From a virus (Duplodnaviria; Caudoviricetes), in IMG/VR virus record IMGVR_UViG_3300028392_000001, positions 1-63,171 of that record: a DNA stretch of 63,171 bases. One strand, written 5' to 3'. Below are positions 10,501 through 19,135 of this stretch, one piece after another. The translations under genes and the position numbers were made by a program. The notes under the pieces were generated by a model that saw only the letters and a program-made list of their open reading frames with translations, did no database searches and was not told the origin of the DNA. Position 1 is the first letter of the stretch. Each line of letters opens with the position of its first letter.

Positions 10501-13500
10501 GAATTAAAGTCACCTGAAGAACTTTTGTCTGACGTAGGCTTTACTTTTCACAGACCAAAGACCCTTGAAGACCTTCTTGTTTTTAAACAAGACTTTAGAA
10601 ATGGAGAAGTGCTTTGTACATTCAATAGTCCTTCTTCTAGAATGGACAGAAACTTTATTTTCTGGATAAGAAGAAACGAATACTACTCTGTTCTTCCAGC
10701 CGATGAACTTACGCAGGAATATCTAAAGGAAGACAATCAAGGAGCTAAACTTTGGAGAAATTATCTCGATTCCAATGGAAAGAAAAATACTGACGGCACT
10801 TATGACATAAAAGGCATCGTTCCGTCAAGGCAAGACCCTTACGGAACTTCCTCAATGAGTGTTCAGGTTAATAAGTCAAACGGTCTTGTGTCTATTAAAA
10901 ACAGATATAATCATACAGTTAATAATCCAGATTCTACCTTTGGAAACGACTTAAACAGTATTGTTGACGGACTTGAAGATTCTGTTTTTAAACTCGAAAA
11001 CATAAAGAAATCTCAACAATCTTTTGATTTGCCTGAAAATATTGCGTCTGATTCTAAAGGAAGGCTAATGAGATTCGATTTTGAAGAAAATGGAGTTTAC
11101 TTTGGTAAAAATTCTTATTTAAAGAATGGACAAATAATTACTTTAGATAAGAACAGTCAAAGAATGTTTGATGTTTTTCTTGTTGATTCTAGCACAAAAA
11201 CAATTAAAGATTTAAGTATTTTAGAAAATGAACTTCTTCCTTCAATAACTAATTTTTTTGAAAATAAAATAGAAAAAATTGTTTTTGAAGGAAACAAAAT
11301 AATAGCAAAATCAGGTAGCGAGTATCTTGAAGTTGAGTTTGATAAAGATAAAAATTTAACTAGACTTTTTTCAACTACAAAAACCATAGGTGACTATTTT
11401 CTTTTCAATAACAAATCTCTTTTACAAATAAGTTTACCTAATATACAAAGCATAGGTGACTATTTTCTTTTCAATAACAAATATCTTTTAGAAATAAGCC
11501 TACCTGATATACAAAGCATAGGTACCGATTTTATTTTCAATAACAACTCTCTTTTAAAAACAAGCCTACCTAGCGTACAAAGCATAGGTAACTATTTTCT
11601 TTATAATAACAAATCTCTTTCAGAAATAAGCATACCTAATGTACAAAGCATAGGTAACGATTTTCTTTCATATAACAAATCTTTTTCAGAAATAAACATA
11701 CCTAATGTACAAAGCATAGGTAACAATTTTCTTTCACATAACAACTCTCTTTCAGAAATAAGCCTACCTAATGTACAAAGCATAGGTGACTATTTTCTTT
11801 ATAATAACAACTCTCTTTTAGAAATAAGCATACCTAATGTACAAAACATAGGTAACAATTTTCTTTCACATAACAACTCTTTTTCAGAAATAAGCATACC
11901 TAATGTACAAAGCATAGATGACGATTTTCTTTTTTATAACAAATCTCTTTCAAAAATAAGCCTACCTAATGTACAAAGCATAGGTAACTATTTTCTTTTA
12001 AATAACAACTCTCTTTCAGAAATAAGCCTACCTAATGTACAAAGCATAGGTGACGATTTTCTTTTTTATAACAAATCTCTTTCAGAAATAAGCCTACCTA
12101 ATGTACAAAGCATAGGTAACAATTTTCTTTTAAGTAATAATAAGTTTAGAAATAAAATAAATTCAAATAGAGAATCAAAAGAAAATACCAAACTGCTTCT
12201 CAATACAAACCCTATATCAATTTCCGACAAGTTCAACAAGTTTAATCACTTTAATAACGAAATAGACTTAGGTAAAGAAGATAGCAATCCTAAAGTAATA
12301 TTCTCAAAACGAAATTCAAAGTCAGACCCAAGTCAAGAAATTGCAATGCTTAAAAACAAAGCAACAGGTAAAACAATTTCTGGAGAAGACCTAAAGCAAC
12401 TTCTTTTTACTATTGATGCAAATGACTTTGTTTCAAAAAAAGATGCTTCTCTGTTTGCTAAGAAAATCGTTGGTACGTGGAGAGAAATGTTTATAAAGGA
12501 GAACATGAAAGGTTCAAGTCTTCTTAAGTCAAAAGAGATACTTAGACTCACTTACTTTACGACCAAACAAAAGATTGCTGACTATGCTAAAGATATTGAC
12601 TTTATTGAGAAAATGGCTAGTGACGCAGAGTACAGGTCTTTAGTTGCTCAGGCTAACATTAAGAGAAGACAGGCGTTTCAGAAGTATAAAAGACTGTTCG
12701 ACAAGGATGTAGAGTTTTACAGAGCATTACAAACCATATCTAAAATAAACCCAAAAGAGTTTACTGAAAACAATGTGCTTAAGCAGTTCATAGATATGCT
12801 TTCCAAAGACCCTCACAATGTAAATATAGAGGAGTTTAAGAAGTATGCTGAAGGTATTAACTTTCATCATATAGAATATAGGAAGCAAAATCTTGATATG
12901 GATGAAAGCGAGTCTTCAGAGCACGATGATGAGTTTGAGCGCCAGGAGCTTATAAACTACATTAAGTTTATGAAGATAAACGCCAACAACGCTATTGGCA
13001 CAAGGCACAACACAGATTTACTGAGTTCTAAAATACTTAGCATTGACCCTGAAGAACTTGACAATAAGTCAATTAGGCAGTTAGCTATTCATATTCAAAA
13101 AATTGTAAACAGCAAGTCAACAAACAGGGCTGGTGCTCAGTTCTGGTTTAGGTATAATGCGGCTATGATGGCTGACGAATTAGAAGATTCAATGAGCGAA
13201 GTTTGGAATAACATCCTCAACAAGAAGGTAGCTTCTGGTGCAATAAGAGATTTCTTCCCTTACGTTACTAACGGTAAGCTTCACTGGATGGGCAATGTTT
13301 CTGTTTTGTCAATGAAAGACCAGCTTAATGTACTTGATGGGCTTTCAAAGGATTACTCAGGTAGCTTTGTTAAAAAGATATTTGAACCAATAGATAAAGC
13401 TTATGACGATTTCAGAAGGACTTATGCACTTGCTGCTGCAACAATAGACAATAACGGCTACTCTGTTTCCGATATGCACGAGATTGGAGTTCACTGGCTT

Positions 13501-15783
13501 CTTAATCAAAAGCCTGATTTTAAAGTTAAAAAGTCTTGGCTTGAACCAGGCGGATTTCTCTATGAAAATGGATTTAAAAATGGAGAAATAAAAGTTGGAG
13601 AAATTCTTTCTCACAACAGTATTGGTCTTGATAAACAAGCTTATGACTTGGTTAATAAAGAAGCTAAAAAATATATAGGTGATTCCATAGTACTTTCTTT
13701 TGGAGAAAAACCAGAAGGCTTTACTGACAAACAAGTAGATGATGCAATGAAAGATATTGCAGTCATGTCAAACAGAAACAAAGCTGAAGTTGAAAAAGAA
13801 AGGCAACTACTATTTAAGAAAACAGGATATAGTTCTGTTAAAGATTTAGTTAATGCTGTTATTGACGGAGAGGAGCTTAAAGGTAAAAATAAAGACTATC
13901 TTGATAGGGCTAGAAAGCTTTTTGATGACTTGAAAAACGGAAAGTACACTAACGGAACTACATTAAAGTATATATCTGAAGTAATAAGCGGAGAGGAGTT
14001 TAGGGACGTAAAAGACTACGCCCCAATACTTCGTTACCGAGAGTATGTTCCTGACGAAGATATGCTTGAAGAAAAAGCAGGTTCTGCTCCAAATCAAAGA
14101 TTGTACTTTAATACATACTCTGACCTGAATGTAAATACAGCATTCTTGAATAAAAGAACAAGAGCTGTAATGGCTTTAAATACCAATGCTTTCGAGATGG
14201 GACTTAAGCGACTTGACCAGCAGTTGTTTTATATGAAAAACGAAGAACAAAGAGCTCAGTTGGTAAAAATGCTTGAAACTCCATTGTTTAAAGATGGAAA
14301 CATTATATCAAAAGAAGTTTCCAAAATGTTTAAAGACCAGATGAAGGTTTACTTTAATAGAGGAATGACTCAAAGTAAACTTGATTTAAGAAGAAGCGGT
14401 TTTTGGAGAGGACTTCAAACACTTCTTAGTGCGTCAAGGATACTTACTCTTTCGCCTATAACAAAGTCTATTGCGCAGCTATCGTCTTCAGCAATGGCTC
14501 TTCAGACAATGGACTTTGGCGGTCCAGTTCAAAAGTTTGCTGATTTAACTTGGGCTTACAACGAAGTTGTTGGAACATTGTTTACAGAAAAAGGAAAGGA
14601 GTTTGAAGACTTTTTAGACAGATATGCTTTTGAAATATCAAAAAGAGGTGTTTCTGATATAGACATAATAAACTTGTCTGCTCCAATGTCATTTGTTCAG
14701 TCTGGTAAAAACATAATAACAGGTGGTTATAAAAGAGAACAAAATATACCAAGTCAAGTATTGTCAGCGCTTTCAAACAGAGATAAGGCAATGCTTGTTT
14801 CTATGTTGCCATTGCTTTTCTTTGATAGAATTGCTGCAAGGGTAACCTTTATGGCAAACTACAAAAACCTACTTGAAGCCAATGGAGAAAAGGTTGACTA
14901 CGACAATCCTAACTTGTCAGCAATAGATATGGCTTTGCAAAAAACAAGAAGCACTCAGGCTACAGACAATCCACTTTACAGACCAGCTGCACTTGCCAAT
15001 ATACACGTAGGAAAAGAATCGTTAGTTACTAACCCTAAGTTATCAGGTGCTCTTGGTGAATTGCTTAATCAGTCAATATGGACATTTAAGTCTTTCAGTG
15101 CAGTAGAAACCGCAACACTAAGACTTGAAAGACAAAGAGCTCTTGATGCAATAGCTAATGGAGATGTAAAAGCTGCAGCGTCTTCTTTAGAATACTTGTC
15201 TTATAATATGCTTGGAAAACTTTCGTTTCAGTATTTAAAACTTCTTGGCTCTCTTCCTATTTTAATAGGAGCTGCAATGGCTTACGGAACGGGAACTACT
15301 GACGACAAAGACAGAATGTGGTATGCTGTTAAAAACAAGCTTAATCCTATAAATAATCTTTATAAAGCCGCACTGGACTACGAAGGAATTGTAGACCCAA
15401 TACAGTATCATCTTAATGATTTGATTCACAAGGCAGATATTCGTATTCATGGCGGAGAGCTTTCTAAAGACGAAGAATACAAGTATAAAATGGGAGATGA
15501 TAACTATCTTGGGTATATAGTAGATGCTGTTAATCAATTTGGAAGAGAAGGCAAGTCCTTGCTTGACCACATAGATGTTAATGAATCAGGACTTAAAGTA
15601 AAGGCAAGCAAAAATGATATACCAAAAGACTTTGAGTCGTTAGCATACTTTATGGCACTTACAGGTAAAACCTTTCCTGGATACGCAGACTTTTACGAAA
15701 TAGCCAAAGAATTTAAAAGACAACAAATGTTTAATCAAGGAAACACAGATTTAAAAACTTATAAAAAAGACATTCAAAAATGA
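4558..15783 (+). CDS. Giant polyvalent virion/ejection protein (3741 aa) with zincin-like motif and BspA-like leucine-rich repeat array
   Basis: Single ORF; AEEIAHSVHH metallopeptidase-like motif; 22-aa repeats (SLSEISLPNVQSIGNxFLxxN); helical C-terminal region typical of large podovirus ejection proteins. Confidence 0.7.
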   Translation: MAETKLGIPVGTPDKIAPNEGAIENMLHTIERASSPQGLPQSQPIQNTSQVNELPDEVHGVVEEATNNSHDNLPEEVHGVIEETVTPDLPEEVHGVAEVSETKPQASPVQSIFAQPHPDIASKNTYENGWTLAGQMNQEFNRLVDQYGRDKFTSEWNAAKTEEQKTKTNQPAPVYINGVEQYVIEKEPSLMEKHNNFFGHINDEIGKEVKNAWDWVSQKTYRESNEAEKRKTMLQTSAYMHGDYLDWKELTPDAKRVITQMNNEKIKDNNYGIVINSTTGKTDQMIKDLSKTVGDFNLVFSTMGTPIEKDSMKEGEMYFKDQKTGGALVPNSFFSGLMKKYGESALDPQVVEREYINSVNKNKYGIYEKYGFVGEVPKNTPEVVSELLQSNTYLNSSAAEKRAMLVDLHNRVPDLKATPLESFIYNYQNTFTPALDLSVMKAMAKERLDKLPKDLSLKENILKLGSEFLHPRASGDIPTDEMEEDRKLDNAKNFYEDLIEHPYEGEGSWLSKMNPFNKSNNGYKAIPFLGSEMDAFKNLDLYIAAKTKQKDLSPGDAELLEAAKIYNAGISLSKNDFYYSLGKDVLPRMVSFIGEMGATKGISEGTGLAFEKLGQRALEAQGIQNASKWTLQSINGLGKTVDLLTQTSTSGATLIPSETLRRMTPQDGFFFSNNSNEIVHNFQLAAGDDFATALTKSYLNQLQEVGTEKVGDLLQGKVMDAFLKGAKLSGKAVEGLATIAGVSEETIERFSKLMANAQTRAYATRVMLSDFAKKTGVDFSLNPQSWTPRAIKDLMKESSINSYPMEVFEEFLSNRIQPRIEGEADPGLYDLGALGNETYQSSLAMAPLFMFGLGTSVLSTGYNSAFRPEYTRFGQLHDDILNMSNEEFIVRRDKTMDEIQSFSNPSLRSALSGIVSKRLDYNGEKPFSEFYNEYTGQAKELQSLYSRIKSGKFDSDASVVDAIQNGMSSAVHADIRDEYESILNNHAAFEESKAKGTFDGTFSKYISTEIDKVNEVRSTLANYISNGIGNINGISEEIETLNTSEKNKESLRSANKIAQQIRVNTLENFSVDRNGVTARPSVTFSDGIRFDLNEDGEYVFKGGGDVKETLPTIASAIDGMDSAQLVEASNVIANMAGVESEDKVALNGKIAQRFVDSLKTASNIETLGAGSVIDMFEALDNIYAQEHKPPSSVKADALANLKRLIGNSMSQDSSANNASNMRKLVFNVAQFNNVMTFKDWNSLHGSIKNKEGVVREIEEPTDSEFSVVSAEDKIRKVLKGLKFSKLHTLKSLKELNASVKKFDEVLAKLAEDKDIDFTKNGVNVLRSIVLQLPSELLDFNTKIEKSDSKQGSYYDPVTRTIHINVNGASESQIVSETAEEIAHSVHHALVGKSVNMTLDSDQLEEILGNVPKSVKSFNEFFNSKKFDYALFQSLTEMNPSEMSDEQKALLADIKAMLKVAAGKSKTSIYFISAFDIGHDKKLNTRNIVESYNRYKMFKEAGYSNTQSLYYATSRAEFTARVFADYLIDKTAQYNINEATGVFATFDKLRAWTYKNVAKPILQSVFKNSEITVDNNIVYSILGEYGVKTMEKAIDDLGMESPSTAVDENGNRIFSMRMTPVFESNPIVVNEKDFDKLSRNLYNKSPLDFDLENKYSSRSDNAFLKEYEAAGIFDVEKQLELSAKINEDEEKIDEVKQSRLNQIEKLLVKEKDEDKINSKRSEKEAKALGYLFATTNKKVITKNAESLFGVNVSNLLDNIKYNYGVDIISSAPLMSAENGKQYSKSEMDNAQILPVLGIYKRFNDVLPVTVLLYSPENKIVKNGLESSKLSDSPEYFDTETGLYVKFIPKTSSPGEIVINDNEESQNTEQEVKDLNISIQKGFKSLSSLLGIELGESQDRKIYSIRNEVNGFDFIKKKLGETTAKAIRESIPSALDQPQEFYDFITEKIPVKEDIPFIVKTIPSRIDALFRESKKYVESENKNELKSPEELLSDVGFTFHRPKTLEDLLVFKQDFRNGEVLCTFNSPSSRMDRNFIFWIRRNEYYSVLPADELTQEYLKEDNQGAKLWRNYLDSNGKKNTDGTYDIKGIVPSRQDPYGTSSMSVQVNKSNGLVSIKNRYNHTVNNPDSTFGNDLNSIVDGLEDSVFKLENIKKSQQSFDLPENIASDSKGRLMRFDFEENGVYFGKNSYLKNGQIITLDKNSQRMFDVFLVDSSTKTIKDLSILENELLPSITNFFENKIEKIVFEGNKIIAKSGSEYLEVEFDKDKNLTRLFSTTKTIGDYFLFNNKSLLQISLPNIQSIGDYFLFNNKYLLEISLPDIQSIGTDFIFNNNSLLKTSLPSVQSIGNYFLYNNKSLSEISIPNVQSIGNDFLSYNKSFSEINIPNVQSIGNNFLSHNNSLSEISLPNVQSIGDYFLYNNNSLLEISIPNVQNIGNNFLSHNNSFSEISIPNVQSIDDDFLFYNKSLSKISLPNVQSIGNYFLLNNNSLSEISLPNVQSIGDDFLFYNKSLSEISLPNVQSIGNNFLLSNNKFRNKINSNRESKENTKLLLNTNPISISDKFNKFNHFNNEIDLGKEDSNPKVIFSKRNSKSDPSQEIAMLKNKATGKTISGEDLKQLLFTIDANDFVSKKDASLFAKKIVGTWREMFIKENMKGSSLLKSKEILRLTYFTTKQKIADYAKDIDFIEKMASDAEYRSLVAQANIKRRQAFQKYKRLFDKDVEFYRALQTISKINPKEFTENNVLKQFIDMLSKDPHNVNIEEFKKYAEGINFHHIEYRKQNLDMDESESSEHDDEFERQELINYIKFMKINANNAIGTRHNTDLLSSKILSIDPEELDNKSIRQLAIHIQKIVNSKSTNRAGAQFWFRYNAAMMADELEDSMSEVWNNILNKKVASGAIRDFFPYVTNGKLHWMGNVSVLSMKDQLNVLDGLSKDYSGSFVKKIFEPIDKAYDDFRRTYALAAATIDNNGYSVSDMHEIGVHWLLNQKPDFKVKKSWLEPGGFLYENGFKNGEIKVGEILSHNSIGLDKQAYDLVNKEAKKYIGDSIVLSFGEKPEGFTDKQVDDAMKDIAVMSNRNKAEVEKERQLLFKKTGYSSVKDLVNAVIDGEELKGKNKDYLDRARKLFDDLKNGKYTNGTTLKYISEVISGEEFRDVKDYAPILRYREYVPDEDMLEEKAGSAPNQRLYFNTYSDLNVNTAFLNKRTRAVMALNTNAFEMGLKRLDQQLFYMKNEEQRAQLVKMLETPLFKDGNIISKEVSKMFKDQMKVYFNRGMTQSKLDLRRSGFWRGLQTLLSASRILTLSPITKSIAQLSSSAMALQTMDFGGPVQKFADLTWAYNEVVGTLFTEKGKEFEDFLDRYAFEISKRGVSDIDIINLSAPMSFVQSGKNIITGGYKREQNIPSQVLSALSNRDKAMLVSMLPLLFFDRIAARVTFMANYKNLLEANGEKVDYDNPNLSAIDMALQKTRSTQATDNPLYRPAALANIHVGKESLVTNPKLSGALGELLNQSIWTFKSFSAVETATLRLERQRALDAIANGDVKAAASSLEYLSYNMLGKLSFQYLKLLGSLPILIGAAMAYGTGTTDDKDRMWYAVKNKLNPINNLYKAALDYEGIVDPIQYHLNDLIHKADIRIHGGELSKDEEYKYKMGDDNYLGYIVDAVNQFGREGKSLLDHIDVNESGLKVKASKNDIPKDFESLAYFMALTGKTFPGYADFYEIAKEFKRQQMFNQGNTDLKTYKKDIQK
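4717..4845 (+). repeat. Three copies of peptide repeat LP[DE]EVHGV at the N-terminus of the giant protein
   Basis: cttcctgacgaagttcacggagtt / cttcctgaagaagttcatggcgtt / ctgccagaagaagttcacggagtt. Confidence 0.85.
9924..10033 (+). repeat. AG/CT-free dispersed element copy 2 (inside the giant ORF)
   Basis: aaattttgcccgtttt...aaacgttttaacg...cgttaaaaacggtt. Confidence 0.75.
11381..12140 (+). repeat. 66-bp tandem repeat, 11 full units plus a partial unit, encoding 22-aa LRR
   Basis: Unit approx. aaagcataggtRacNattttctttNNNataacaaMtctctttcagaaataagcctacctaatgtac. Confidence 0.95.
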
Positions 15784-16562
15784 ACCCAAGAATAGTTTTA
15801 GATTACGAGCCAGGACTTGACTCGTTTACTGTTTGCGATATTACTCTTCTTTATGGAGTTTACACTTACTCTAAGTGTGAATACTCTAAAATGAAGCTTG
15901 TTCAGCCAAACGGAATAACTAAGGAATTTTATCCTAGTGATGTAGATTTCTTTTGGACTCCTCAGGGTTACTATGTTTATGGAAATACTTTTCAAGTTCC
16001 AACTCCAATGTCTGGACTTTATGAAGTTCAAATTGCATATGCGCCAAGAGCCGAAATAGGAAGTGCTTATGTTACTGACGATGTTCTTGTTTACGATGCA
16101 GGAAGTGGAGTAAATAAATTTTACAAAGCATTATCTAGTTTTACTCTTTCGGTATCTCCACCGTCAGCTTCTCAACTTCAGGAAATAACCGAAGACGAGA
16201 TGTTTAATCTTACATACGGAAGCGTTCAGTTTTTTAACTCTTTAAAAATAGAAAAGTGTCTTTGTGAAATGAATCAGGAGCTTGTTTGCGAAATAACAGA
16301 ATCTCCTGACAGTCACATATCTTCTTTTGCTGGGTATAAAAACTGGATTGAGATACTTTCAATGTACTACTCTGTTTACACAGCAATCGTTCCAAAGCTT
16401 GAAGTAAGTTGGACTTCTTTTTATGTATTTTCAGGAAGAACGTACCTTATAACTTATTTTAATAGTACCAAGTCAAGAGTTGAAATAATTAGTAGATACG
16501 CAGAGGCTTTGGCAAGTATAGGTAACTTTGTAAACTCTGTTTGTGGTTGTTGTGGCTGTTAA
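15780..16562 (+). CDS. Virion structural protein (tail-associated), Cys-rich C-terminus CGCCGC
   Basis: ORF overlapping the giant gene stop (ATGA); structural module context. Confidence 0.55.
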   Translation: MNPRIVLDYEPGLDSFTVCDITLLYGVYTYSKCEYSKMKLVQPNGITKEFYPSDVDFFWTPQGYYVYGNTFQVPTPMSGLYEVQIAYAPRAEIGSAYVTDDVLVYDAGSGVNKFYKALSSFTLSVSPPSASQLQEITEDEMFNLTYGSVQFFNSLKIEKCLCEMNQELVCEITESPDSHISSFAGYKNWIEILSMYYSVYTAIVPKLEVSWTSFYVFSGRTYLITYFNSTKSRVEIISRYAEALASIGNFVNSVCGCCGC

Positions 16563-16579
16563 GAATAGTTATAAAAACA

Positions 16580-16611
16580 TTTGCATTACTCGTTTTAAAA
16601 TTAAATATTTG
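16580..16611 (+). promoter_or_regulatory. Possible Bacteroidota-type promoter
   Basis: TTTG-N20-AATATTTG upstream of 16625. Confidence 0.4.
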
Positions 16612-16624
16612 CAATATTTAACTC

Positions 16625-17851
16625 ATGATTGGAAGACTTAAAATATCAGTAGAGCAGTATTCTTCTCAAAGAAGCGTACTTGTAAAGGATGCGACTAATT
16701 ATAATCGTATTCCTTCTCCTGAGTTTTCTCTTGCTTACTATGCTGCCGGAGTTAGGATGATTGTGGTAAAAGACCCTTCCGGAGCTTACACGTACTATTG
16801 TAACAGAAATAACATACTTCAGATTCCTACAATATATCCGCTTCCTATTTACTATGATGGAATAACAACTGACAATAACATTAACTTTTTTCTTCCTTTC
16901 GCAACATTTATAGAGGGAGTTTACGAAGTTTACGTTGTTTCAGTTCCTAATGCCAACATGACTTATCCTAACAATTACCTTGCTGGCGACATAGCTATTG
17001 TTAATATACTTGGAAGTAGATATTTTATAATTGCTAACGTAGACAGTCCTGAGCCTACATTTGACCCTATAACAGGATGGTCACTACTTGTTGACCCAAT
17101 ATCAAGTTATTTGAATGACGACTTGTCAAACTTTCCTTTGGGATACAGGGAAAAAGTAAAGTTTTCTGTTTCAAATTCAGGTTACCTAACTTTGTTTTAC
17201 GACAACCTTTGTCCTGATACAAAAGTAGAGTTTACTGGTTTAGAGTTTCCTTGGCTTCAAGATTTAACTTCTTCAACTTCACATTACTATAATTATAACA
17301 TTAAAGTAACTGACGGATATGGAGTTGTTACGTTCTTTGAAAACGTAGCTATAAATGACTTTCAAACTATAACAGGAACAGGCACTAATGTTTACTTTGG
17401 AGAACTTCAAATAATACCTGTTATTGTAGCTAACGATGCGCTTTCTAATCAAAACACAATCTACTGGAAAGAAGATGGAATCTACATATACGCCCCAGCA
17501 TATTCTCCTGATTTAAGACCTTACGCTTCTTGCACCACTAACCAAAGAGTTCTTGCCGATAGGTTTACTCAAAGAGGAGTTAAGTACTTTACAGTAGATG
17601 GAAACAATATAGCTGTTTGTGATTCAGCTGAATGCTTACAAGGAATCTTTAACGAACTCATATTAAACGACTGTACTAATCTCGATAAAAACATTGATAT
17701 TAGCAATCAGCAAAAACTTATATCCCTATATCTATCTCTTCAATGCAAAATGAACAATGGTGAAACAGACCTTGCTTCGACATTAGATGAGTACAAAAGG
17801 TTGGCACAAGTAATATGTAAGAAATGTCTACCGCCAGCGCAAGCACATTAG
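16625..17851 (+). CDS. Virion structural protein (tail-associated), Cys-rich C-terminus
   Basis: 408-aa beta-rich ORF with architecture similar to the 15780 gene. Confidence 0.55.
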   Translation: MIGRLKISVEQYSSQRSVLVKDATNYNRIPSPEFSLAYYAAGVRMIVVKDPSGAYTYYCNRNNILQIPTIYPLPIYYDGITTDNNINFFLPFATFIEGVYEVYVVSVPNANMTYPNNYLAGDIAIVNILGSRYFIIANVDSPEPTFDPITGWSLLVDPISSYLNDDLSNFPLGYREKVKFSVSNSGYLTLFYDNLCPDTKVEFTGLEFPWLQDLTSSTSHYYNYNIKVTDGYGVVTFFENVAINDFQTITGTGTNVYFGELQIIPVIVANDALSNQNTIYWKEDGIYIYAPAYSPDLRPYASCTTNQRVLADRFTQRGVKYFTVDGNNIAVCDSAECLQGIFNELILNDCTNLDKNIDISNQQKLISLYLSLQCKMNNGETDLASTLDEYKRLAQVICKKCLPPAQAH

Positions 17852-18051
17852 AGTTCCTTGTTTCAAAAGGAATTTTTCAACTTCAAAGTTTTTCTGACAA
17901 AGCACTTTTTAATTCAAAGAAGTGCTGTAACTGCTTTATGAAGATGGATGCTTTCTTAGTTTCTTCCGATTATCTTATTAATAATGGAGTTTATACTTCA
18001 GACCAAGAATACTTAATAAATATAAAGTTAAACGATAATGGCTGTTGTTAA
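17824..18051 (+). CDS. Small Cys-containing hypothetical protein
   Basis: 75-aa ORF coupled to its neighbours. Confidence 0.5.
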   Translation: MSTASASTLEFLVSKGIFQLQSFSDKALFNSKKCCNCFMKMDAFLVSSDYLINNGVYTSDQEYLINIKLNDNGCC

Positions 18052-18400
18052 ATTACCAAATGGAGCTATGTGGAACGAAGACATAGTTAGCGTCAAGGAG
18101 CAACTTCCTTTGGCGTTTAGCTATTTCTGCTCTTTTTTCAAGAACGGTGTCACTGTAACAAAAGACCAAAACATGGATACCATTATAAAGCCAGGTTGGT
18201 TTGAAGACATGATAAAAGGAGTTCATACTATTGTATTTTTTCAGAACGTAAACATAAATCAGTATCAAGCTCAAAACACTAGTAAGTCTTATGACTTTAA
18301 CTATTCTACAAAAATAACTTCAACAAAAGGAAGTGAGTCGTTTACTTTTATATATTCAGCTGGCTCTTTAACTCAAATAAAATATACAGGGGATGAATAA
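18038..18400 (+). CDS. Hypothetical virion protein
   Basis: 120-aa ORF in operon. Confidence 0.55.
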   Translation: MAVVKLPNGAMWNEDIVSVKEQLPLAFSYFCSFFKNGVTVTKDQNMDTIIKPGWFEDMIKGVHTIVFFQNVNINQYQAQNTSKSYDFNYSTKITSTKGSESFTFIYSAGSLTQIKYTGDE

Positions 18401-19124
18401 CTTAATTTTAATTAATGATGTTAAAAAAATAGGAACAGAAATTGTTAATAACGAGTCTATAGTTTTAAGCCTTTCAAGATGTAAATATTTTCTTGATGAA
18501 GAATCGGGTTCTGAGTCAAAAATAGTTTACGAAGCAAGCGAACTTGTTCCTAGTTCAAATGAACTTGAAATAATAGGAACAAGAAATCTTTCTCAGTATA
18601 TTACAAATTCTTCAAATATTCTTTTTATAGAATATGTAAAAAGAATTGACACTGTTTTTTTTGACGAAGGAAAAGCTGTTGGCTTTCCTTCTGACAATGT
18701 GATAATGATAAGAAATAAAATAGGAGAAGGTTCAATTATACTTATTAAAAGCATATCTTCTTCTGGATTAAATTGCATTGAAGTCGAATCTCAATCTAGT
18801 GTTGAAGATATTTGGTCGCGAAACAATTTTTTTAAGATAGATACTGATTCTGAAGATTATCAATTAAGTCTTAGTGTAGAGGAAGATGCAATGAATTTTA
18901 CTGCTTCTAGGAAAGACCCGTCAGGAAATGTAAGGATAGAGCAAAGCTATTTAAACGGATTAGTTCTTTGGAAAAACGGAGAGGTTATTTTTCAAGTAAG
19001 CAAAGATGGAATTGTGTATACTAATCAAATTGATGCAGGAGCTCCAGCTGGAACTATAACAAACAAGATTCCTATTTACGACAATTACGGATATCCTAGA
19101 GGTTTTATTCCTGTCTATAATTAA
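18393..19124 (+). CDS. Tail fibre/appendage-like protein, paralog 1
   Basis: Shares about 140-aa N-domain with 19136 and 20059, and the C-terminal TNQIxxGAPAG...G[FY]IP motif with 19136. Confidence 0.55.
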   Translation: MNNLILINDVKKIGTEIVNNESIVLSLSRCKYFLDEESGSESKIVYEASELVPSSNELEIIGTRNLSQYITNSSNILFIEYVKRIDTVFFDEGKAVGFPSDNVIMIRNKIGEGSIILIKSISSSGLNCIEVESQSSVEDIWSRNNFFKIDTDSEDYQLSLSVEEDAMNFTASRKDPSGNVRIEQSYLNGLVLWKNGEVIFQVSKDGIVYTNQIDAGAPAGTITNKIPIYDNYGYPRGFIPVYN

Positions 19125-19135
19125 AAATTTTTAAA

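Noticed and set aside
11381-12140. Diversity-generating retroelement TR/VR pair
   Set aside because: No reverse transcriptase recognised; the repeats are in-frame tandem LRR units and differences are not restricted to adenines
4573-15570. Numerous 60-150 aa antisense or alternate-frame ORFs in the track
   Set aside because: Shadow ORFs opposite or within long genes, with no initiation context or protein-like features
4558-15783. crAss-like virion RNA polymerase
   Set aside because: No DxDxD/DFDID catalytic motif found (closest is DFDLE); architecture fits a polyvalent ejection protein
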